DNA of 64,000 nucleotides from the NCBI GenBank assembly GCA_964013425.1, contig CAXGWC010000006.1, positions 7,083 to 71,082 on the forward strand. The letters run 5' to 3'. The notes under the pieces were generated by a model. It was not told the DNA's origin and searched no databases. It saw only the letters and a list, made by a program, of their open reading frames with translations. The translations under genes were made by a program, and so were the position numbers. Source of the stretch: an uncultured Candidatus Poseidoniales archaeon. GTDB taxonomy: Archaea > Thermoplasmatota > Poseidoniia > Poseidoniales > Thalassarchaeaceae. This document shows, piece after piece, positions 58,646-64,000 of the stretch; the stretch's first letter is position 1, and every line of letters starts with the position of its first letter.

Positions 58646-59101
58646 ATGACCCGATTCCTATCTTCAAAGAAATATGGCCATGAAAGGGGCCTATCAGTGG
58701 CATTTAGACAATGGAGAGCAGCGAGTCACTGTAGATTCATGCATGGTTATTCTCTAGAATTTGAGTTTGTTTTTGGCACACATGAATTAGATGAAAATAA
58801 TTGGGTTGTTGATTTTGGTGGCTTGAAAGAACTTGAGTCCTGGCTCAGATTAAATTTCGATCATAAGACATTGGTAGCTTCTGATGATCCCAACTATTCG
58901 CTCTTTGAAGAGATGCATGAGAATGGGATTATCGATATGGTAACAGTCGAAGGTACGGGTTGTGAAATGTTTGCAAAGCTAACCATGGATTATGCCAAAG
59001 AATTGATTCTGAAAATCACTAAAGGCAGGTGCTGGGTTGAAAGCGTCTCAGTACGAGAACATGGTGCAAACAGCGCCACATGTATGAGAACAACAGGATA
59101 G
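58646..59101 (+). CDS. queD: 6-carboxy-5,6,7,8-tetrahydropterin synthase (PTPS family)
   Basis: FRQWRAASHCRFMHGYS (Cys/His motif), FDHKTLVAS, and size about 150 aa. ATG 58646. Confidence 0.85.
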   Translation: MTRFLSSKKYGHERGLSVAFRQWRAASHCRFMHGYSLEFEFVFGTHELDENNWVVDFGGLKELESWLRLNFDHKTLVASDDPNYSLFEEMHENGIIDMVTVEGTGCEMFAKLTMDYAKELILKITKGRCWVESVSVREHGANSATCMRTTG

Positions 59102-59126
59102 TACTGAAAAAATGCGTATAGTACCA

Positions 59127-59909
59127 TTATTCTGAGTCATGATCCGAAGAAGAGTTATCCCTCTCGAATGAGTTTGCAGCCTCTGTAATTACGGAAATAA
59201 TCCTATGAATCTCATCATCCTTTGGCAACCCCCTCATGATGACTCTATTCAATGTCTCTTCAATTCCCGTCCTCTTATGCTCCTTGGTAGGGATGGAACT
59301 AGATAGTCTAGATATTTCAGATCTGAGCCTATTTCTAAGTAGAGGATTAAGTAATCTTTGCTGGTCAGGTTTGCTAATTTCAGAGTTTGTAATATTTGCA
59401 AACCAGGTGTAACAAATGATAGATACTGCATGACTAAGGTTCAGTATTGGATAACCTTCCCAAGAAGGTATTGTTACTAGTAAATCGCACTCATGTAGCT
59501 CCTGATTTGTAAGACCAATATCCTCGGGCCCAAATACATAGGCAGTCTTGCCTTCTACTGAGATCAAACTCTGAGTTAACTCCTCTGGCAATATGAAATG
59601 TCTGAAAGAAATTTTATCTCCTACTTCTCTCTTCCCTGATGTCCCTACGACTATAGAACAGTCTTGAGTAGCATCCGCTAAATTTTGAAATGTCCTGCAG
59701 GAGTCTAATATGTCTTGAGCGTGTTTAGCCCTGTTCCTAGTATCTTCGCTCCAATCATTATCTCTTCCAACTATTCTCAAATCAGTAATTCCGAAATTAA
59801 GAACAGTTCTGGCTACTGCACCAATATTTCCATCATATTTGGGTCTAACAAGGACGATTGCAATATTGTTATTCTCTATTGGAAGATCGATCGGCAATCT
59901 TCCGCCCAT
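59127..59909 (-). CDS. SPOUT (SpoU/TrmJ-like) RNA 2'-O-methyltransferase
   Basis: IAIVLVRPKYDGNIGAVARTVLNFG, FGPEDIGL and NLSHAVSI (trefoil-knot motifs). Confidence 0.8.
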   Translation of the reverse strand: MGGRLPIDLPIENNNIAIVLVRPKYDGNIGAVARTVLNFGITDLRIVGRDNDWSEDTRNRAKHAQDILDSCRTFQNLADATQDCSIVVGTSGKREVGDKISFRHFILPEELTQSLISVEGKTAYVFGPEDIGLTNQELHECDLLVTIPSWEGYPILNLSHAVSIICYTWFANITNSEISKPDQQRLLNPLLRNRLRSEISRLSSSIPTKEHKRTGIEETLNRVIMRGLPKDDEIHRIISVITEAANSFERDNSSSDHDSE

Positions 59910-59944
59910 GGTAACCCGAATAGTATCGCATTGATAGTAATACG

Positions 59945-60136
59945 CTAATCTACTCTTCTTTGACGGTACCTTGTGATGTACCCAGCAATCCAGTTTCTCA
60001 TTCTCTTACTTCCCACGTCTGAATATTCGCTAACAAGTCTCTTGTTGTCATCGAAACTATCGGTAAATTGATCGGGATAAAGCTCCAAAAGTCTGATTGC
60101 CCTGATTTTGATAAATGATGGTCTGATATTACCCAT
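59945..60136 (-). CDS. rps17e: 30S ribosomal protein S17e (eS17)
   Basis: MGNIRPSFIKIRAIRLLELYPDQFTDSFDDNKRLV...SKRMRNWIAGYITR. Confidence 0.9.
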   Translation of the reverse strand: MGNIRPSFIKIRAIRLLELYPDQFTDSFDDNKRLVSEYSDVGSKRMRNWIAGYITRYRQRRVD

Positions 60137-60137
60137 A

Positions 60138-60401
60138 TTATTCCTCCAATAACTTAACTTCTAGCGGAAACCCTTCTTCCCTGGTGCATACTACAGTTAT
60201 CTTTCTGGGGGGCTTCTGCATACCTCTTGACCAGATATAATGGTTGACGGCCTCGTCTATCCAAATATCCTCGTCTTCCCTCATCTTCATGTGTCTAGCG
60301 ACGTGAATTTTAATTTCTGCCATAGCCCTGTTAGCCCTCCTAGTTCTAGGAACACCCCAAGCCGCTCTTAATGGAATAGTCATCTCCTTTATTTCAGCCA
60401 T
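60138..60401 (-). CDS. rpl31e: 50S ribosomal protein L31e (eL31)
   Basis: MTIPLRAAW..PRTRRANRAMAEIKIHVARHMK...IWSRGMQKPPRKITV. Confidence 0.9.
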   Translation of the reverse strand: MAEIKEMTIPLRAAWGVPRTRRANRAMAEIKIHVARHMKMREDEDIWIDEAVNHYIWSRGMQKPPRKITVVCTREEGFPLEVKLLEE

Positions 60402-60405
60402 GTAA

Positions 60406-60561
60406 TCACCTCTGTAGCTTACTTCTTCGCCACATGTGACGCTTAGGATGTGTGGTAGTGTTCCTGTTAGTCCTCAACATTACCCACACGGGGACTCTCC
60501 TGTTTTGTTTCGTGACTTTCATCAGGCGCCTTTTCTTAGCATTCGGCTTGTTTCTTGCCAT
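60406..60561 (-). CDS. rpl39e: 50S ribosomal protein L39e (eL39)
   Basis: Hand translation: [51 protein letters not shown] (51 aa). Not in the ORF track because it is under 60 aa. Confidence 0.9.
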   Translation of the reverse strand: MARNKPNAKKRRLMKVTKQNRRVPVWVMLRTNRNTTTHPKRHMWRRSKLQR

Positions 60562-60569
60562 CATATCAC

Positions 60570-61040
60570 CTAATAATTTGATAGTCCTGGATGCCTTTCT
60601 ATTGCATCATCTCTCACAGCATGAGCTACGGAATCTAATAATGCCTGGCCTTCCTGGGTCAACACCTTCCCATGGTTGACATTCCCAGCAGGGTTCATCT
60701 TGCTCTCTATTAGGCCAGCTTTTGTCAACTGTTGCATAATGGTTCGGGAAATATTTCTTGACCCTGCAACCGCCCTATTAGGTTTCACACCTCGATCCTT
60801 GGGGCCACCAAAGTGCTGAGCCATGTGGTTAGCACCAATCGGACCTAATTTGCCAACTTTCCTCAATACGGCGGCGGATCTGATATGCCACCAATTTTCT
60901 TGCGAGGGGGGCCTCTCTCTATGTGTACCTGTTTTGACTATTTTAGACCATTCTGGCGGATTTATTGAGGATACATTAACCAAACGAGCTGAAAGCTCGT
61001 TAATCAAAAGGTCCGCTGGAACATCGTGATACGTAGTCAT
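60570..61040 (-). CDS. rps19e: 30S ribosomal protein S19e (eS19)
   Basis: [35 protein letters not shown] and [17 protein letters not shown] 61040 preferred over 61085, which leaves a divergent promoter region. Confidence 0.9.
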   Translation of the reverse strand: MTTYHDVPADLLINELSARLVNVSSINPPEWSKIVKTGTHRERPPSQENWWHIRSAAVLRKVGKLGPIGANHMAQHFGGPKDRGVKPNRAVAGSRNISRTIMQQLTKAGLIESKMNPAGNVNHGKVLTQEGQALLDSVAHAVRDDAIERHPGLSNY

Positions 61041-61172
61041 TGGCTCACCAAGCAGCCGCCCGTCTGACAGTTCATATTTAACCATGATGACATGTTACTC
61101 CAAAAGAAGTGGTACCAAAATGAGTTACATAGCTCTACAAGGTTTGAAATTACTTTGTGGTCACGGACGTAC

Positions 61173-61982
61173 ATGAGGAAGACAATGTCACAGAATCCTA
61201 ACATGCTTAGGACTATGGTAGGTATAGGTCTGACCTTGATTTTTGTATTGGGATATGCAGTCTACTCAAATACAGTTGAGTCAGAGTATTATGGGTATGA
61301 AACAACCAATACTTCAGAGTCTCTGGTACCTAACCAAGACGATGATTCTGTTGCAGAGTGGTTTTTATCCACGAACATGCCAATGACGTGGGTCAATGTT
61401 ACAGTTACCGGAGCTCCCCAAGATTCTATACTCAGAGTTCAAGCCGATGGTACTCCATGGTTTCACTCACCATTCCTAGGTGATAATCAAGAATTTCCAT
61501 TCAGTTGCGAAGGCGATGGGGATTATTCAGATATAGTTGAGACCTGTGATTATTCAACAAATCATGAAATCGTAATAACCCAGGAAGAAAGCACCCTGAG
61601 AGGAATAGTCTCTTCCGTATTACCTATAGAAGGATTAGGCTATCTTCAAGCCGATAATCTGGAAGAGGCATATGGTAAGGCTGGCGACTTAATTTCACAA
61701 GAAGCAACAACCATCACTTGGCGAATGGGAGTATATGATGATGAGGGCAATGCTGTTGATTCCGTTGGAATAGAACTGAGTGTATCGATGGTTAATCACG
61801 AATTAATAGTTGTAAATGAGTTTCAGATTGATCCTATCGAAGAGTCCGTTTACAGTCTAGCAACACTTATTGGCTGCTTCAGCCTTATGTTGGTACTTCC
61901 ATTGATAATATATTTCTCTGCAATATACAAAGCGAGGAAAGATGAGTCAAAAAGGCTAGAAGCCCCCCCAGTAGAGAATTAG
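61173..61982 (+). CDS. hypothetical surface protein with N- and C-terminal TM helices
   Basis: TM MVGIGLTLIFVLGYAVY, an acidic ectodomain, a C-terminal TM LIGCFSLMLVLPLIIYFSAI, then KARKDESKR. Start uncertain (61092 or 61173). Confidence 0.5.
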   Translation: MRKTMSQNPNMLRTMVGIGLTLIFVLGYAVYSNTVESEYYGYETTNTSESLVPNQDDDSVAEWFLSTNMPMTWVNVTVTGAPQDSILRVQADGTPWFHSPFLGDNQEFPFSCEGDGDYSDIVETCDYSTNHEIVITQEESTLRGIVSSVLPIEGLGYLQADNLEEAYGKAGDLISQEATTITWRMGVYDDEGNAVDSVGIELSVSMVNHELIVVNEFQIDPIEESVYSLATLIGCFSLMLVLPLIIYFSAIYKARKDESKRLEAPPVEN

Positions 61983-61984
61983 TG

Positions 61985-62377
61985 CTACTTCAATTCGACA
62001 AGGTTTAATTCTATTAGTTTAGATATTGATGCTGAACAACGCTGTCTGGCTGGGATTATCTCTTCTTCATAGCAATCCTCCATAATCTGTATAATTTCTG
62101 ACAATGTCCTGTTACCGTCTATAAGATCCCATAAGCCTGAATTCAACCTGTCCAATGGTCTTCTGAGCAGTCTAGGAGCCCCTGTTAATCTAGCAAGTAA
62201 CCATTCGAATCGATTAAATTCCTTCTGGATAATAATAACGACTTGTCTATCTGATATTCCGTTATCCCCTAATATTCTATTTGGCGTATCATAGGAATTT
62301 CCATATTCCCACAAACAAGGTACCCGAATAGGGATGCTGTTTGTATCAATGTGTGAACTCATTATATCATCACCCAT
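61985..62377 (-). CDS. PqqD-family (RiPP recognition element-like) protein
   Basis: C-terminal LNSGLWDLIDGNRTLSEIIQIMEDCYEEE...ISKLIELNLVEL matches the PqqD winged-helix pattern. Confidence 0.55.
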   Translation of the reverse strand: MGDDIMSSHIDTNSIPIRVPCLWEYGNSYDTPNRILGDNGISDRQVVIIIQKEFNRFEWLLARLTGAPRLLRRPLDRLNSGLWDLIDGNRTLSEIIQIMEDCYEEEIIPARQRCSASISKLIELNLVELK

Positions 62378-62530
62378 GTAAATAAGCTAACCATGCAACA
62401 TACACCGGTAATTGCTGATACTCTAGTGAGCCTCATCGATTTTATCACGTTTTTAGAGTACCAAGTAAGAATTCCAAAAAATGATGTTAAGAAAAGTAAG
62501 ATTTCGCTGCCTTGTGGAAGTAATTCCAAT

Positions 62531-63076
62531 TTATCTCCTCAACTTTTTGGAATTCTCTACAATGGACTTTGACAGTGCGGAAATTCTATTTCTAACCGCC
62601 TCATCATTAATCTCTCCATTCTCATCGAATGCCTTCTTGATGTTCGCCACGGCAACCTGTTCAGGGATCACCCACCCATGAATCCATCTAGCTGCAATTC
62701 TCATATGATTCAGAGTGTTATTGCTAGATTGCCCTCCCAATGTGGAAACTAATCCGAATACCTTTCCGGATGTGTGTTTAGAGTAAAGCCAATCAAGACT
62801 ATTTTTCATTACGCCACTCATCGTCCCATGATATTCAGGACTGGAGAGGATATACGCGTCCGAATCAGTAGCCATTGTCTGAAATTGGCTAACATTTTCA
62901 TCCTCCCATGAGCCTTGGGCCCCCACAAGAGGCAGAGGATTAGCTCCGTGATCCCAGATCGTCACTTCAGCTCCTAGCTCCCTACACTGGTCAAGTATTA
63001 TTTCCAATATCCTGCCATTTGCGGATTGTAAATCATAAGTGCCACAAATTCCCATGACGCGTATGGGCTTACTCAT
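62531..63076 (-). CDS. NAD(P)H-dependent FMN reductase (flavodoxin-like fold)
   Basis: IRVMGICGTYDLQSANG, SSPEYHGTMSGVMKNSLDW and VSTLGG. Confidence 0.8.
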   Translation of the reverse strand: MSKPIRVMGICGTYDLQSANGRILEIILDQCRELGAEVTIWDHGANPLPLVGAQGSWEDENVSQFQTMATDSDAYILSSPEYHGTMSGVMKNSLDWLYSKHTSGKVFGLVSTLGGQSSNNTLNHMRIAARWIHGWVIPEQVAVANIKKAFDENGEINDEAVRNRISALSKSIVENSKKLRR

Positions 63077-63179
63077 GTGTCTGGAAGAAGGTATACGTCT
63101 TCAAGGTGTAGGTATCCACATGACTCAATAGAGTACGTAACTAGAGAATGCTTATTTTAAGCTCGTGTAGCGGTAGTCT

Positions 63180-64000
63180 ATGGATGGGGGCAGGATTAGT
63201 CAGCTGCTCACTGATGCGAAGTCTCACGCAGACGTAGGTGACATGCTCTTGGCCAGCCAGCTATATACTAAAGCAACGGAGATCGAACCCAACAATGCGG
63301 CTGCATGGTATGGACTAGGTGTAGTACAGACTGCCAGGGGATTCCCAGAAGAATCAAGGGTTGCGTTCGAGAAGGCAAATATGCTAGATCCAGAGCATGC
63401 TCCTACTGCGGCTAATCTTGCTGTTTTATTGAACAACATAGATCCCGTGAGGTCTTACGAGCTCGCGACTATGGCTGTGAGTAAATTAGGTAGTATCCAA
63501 CAATTATCTTTTATTATTGAGAGTCGGGATGAATCAATAGTCGAAGGTGACACCGTCGAATTAACTGAAGTTGAAAAATTTGGGGAGGCACCATTGTTAG
63601 ATAGTCGTATGATACATGATAATCAATTTGAATCTGAGGAAGTCCCGATAGTAGAAAGTCGAATAATTGAAGATGAAGAGGACATATTATTGGAAGCTCG
63701 ACCTGTAGAAACTATTGATGAAGTAATCAGTAATGCCAAAGAAATGTTAACCACAAATAGGGCTAAAGAGGCTCTCTTATACATTAGATCTAGATTGGAA
63801 ACAGATGGATCAAAGAACTATGAATTATGGTCATTATGCGCATCGACACTGTATATGTTAGGACATAATAATGAGGCTCTAGAGGCCATAGAGTATGCCA
63901 TTGCGATAGGAGACGATCGGGCGAAAACCCACTTTAATCATTCACAGATTCTCAAGAATCTAGGTAAAATAGACCAATCATTACAATCTATTTCTAATGC
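63180..64000 (+). CDS. TPR-repeat protein, N-terminal part (3' end beyond window)
   Basis: I checked that the frame is open from ATG 63180 to the window end. TPR-like units (AAAWYGLGVVQTARGFPEESRVAFEKANMLDPEH; ...AKTHFNHSQILKNLGKIDQS). Confidence 0.65.
   Translation, partial: MDGGRISQLLTDAKSHADVGDMLLASQLYTKATEIEPNNAAAWYGLGVVQTARGFPEESRVAFEKANMLDPEHAPTAANLAVLLNNIDPVRSYELATMAVSKLGSIQQLSFIIESRDESIVEGDTVELTEVEKFGEAPLLDSRMIHDNQFESEEVPIVESRIIEDEEDILLEARPVETIDEVISNAKEMLTTNRAKEALLYIRSRLETDGSKNYELWSLCASTLYMLGHNNEALEAIEYAIAIGDDRAKTHFNHSQILKNLGKIDQSLQSISN

Noticed and set aside
62481-62681. 66-aa + strand ORF
   Set aside because: It is antisense to the 3' end of the FMN reductase gene and to the intergenic region. 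A hydrophobic translation is expected from AT-rich sequence.
1-64000. CRISPR arrays, rRNA genes, IS elements, toxin-antitoxin or known defence modules
   Set aside because: No regularly spaced direct repeats, no rRNA-like conserved stretches, and no transposase, integrase or nuclease signatures were found on reading both strands. The RHH gene at 56132 has no toxin partner, since it is followed by folE.

Overview
Densely coding (about 77 genes, short or overlapping junctions) core chromosomal segment of an archaeon. The gene content makes this assignment secure: aEF-2, PAN, proteasome alpha, exosome Rrp4/Rrp41/Rrp42 with SBDS, eL43, Pcc1 and prefoldin beta, PriS, TiaS, Kae1, Tsr3, MBF1, isopentenyl phosphate kinase, and e-type ribosomal proteins eS17, eS19, eL31 and eL39. 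GC is moderate to low, GTG and TTG starts are frequent, and metabolism looks heterotrophic. My guess is a marine Thermoplasmatota-like (MGII/III-type) lineage, which I cannot verify without a search. Functional blocks run in this order: archaeosortase with heptose genes, then the exosome superoperon, then uS12-uS7-aEF2. Next come an isoprenoid block (IPK and an Idi::GGPP-synthase fusion), CoaBC and ProRS, and a split transketolase. These are followed by futalosine menaquinone genes (mqnE/C, mqnA, mqnD), PriS, MetRS and PAN. The last blocks are a complete eukaryote-style histidine degradation set (hutH, long hutU, hutI, split FtcD), methylmalonyl-CoA mutase and epimerase, a preQ0 cluster (folE-queE-queC-msrB-queD), and a ribosomal protein cluster. 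There is one tRNA, tRNA-Val(GAC). I saw no rRNA, CRISPR array, IS element, integrase or recognisable defence genes. The most unusual item is a half-length (159 aa, 4 HEAT repeats) homolog of eukaryotic deoxyhypusine hydroxylase that keeps both His-Glu metal motifs and sits 2 nt downstream of mqnD. Other notable items are a QueC in which all four Zn-ligand cysteines are replaced, the Idi::GGPPS fusion, a PqqD-like RRE protein next to an FMN reductase, and a roughly 24% GC spacer with a 51-aa zinc-ribbon gene beside the tRNA inside the hut cluster.
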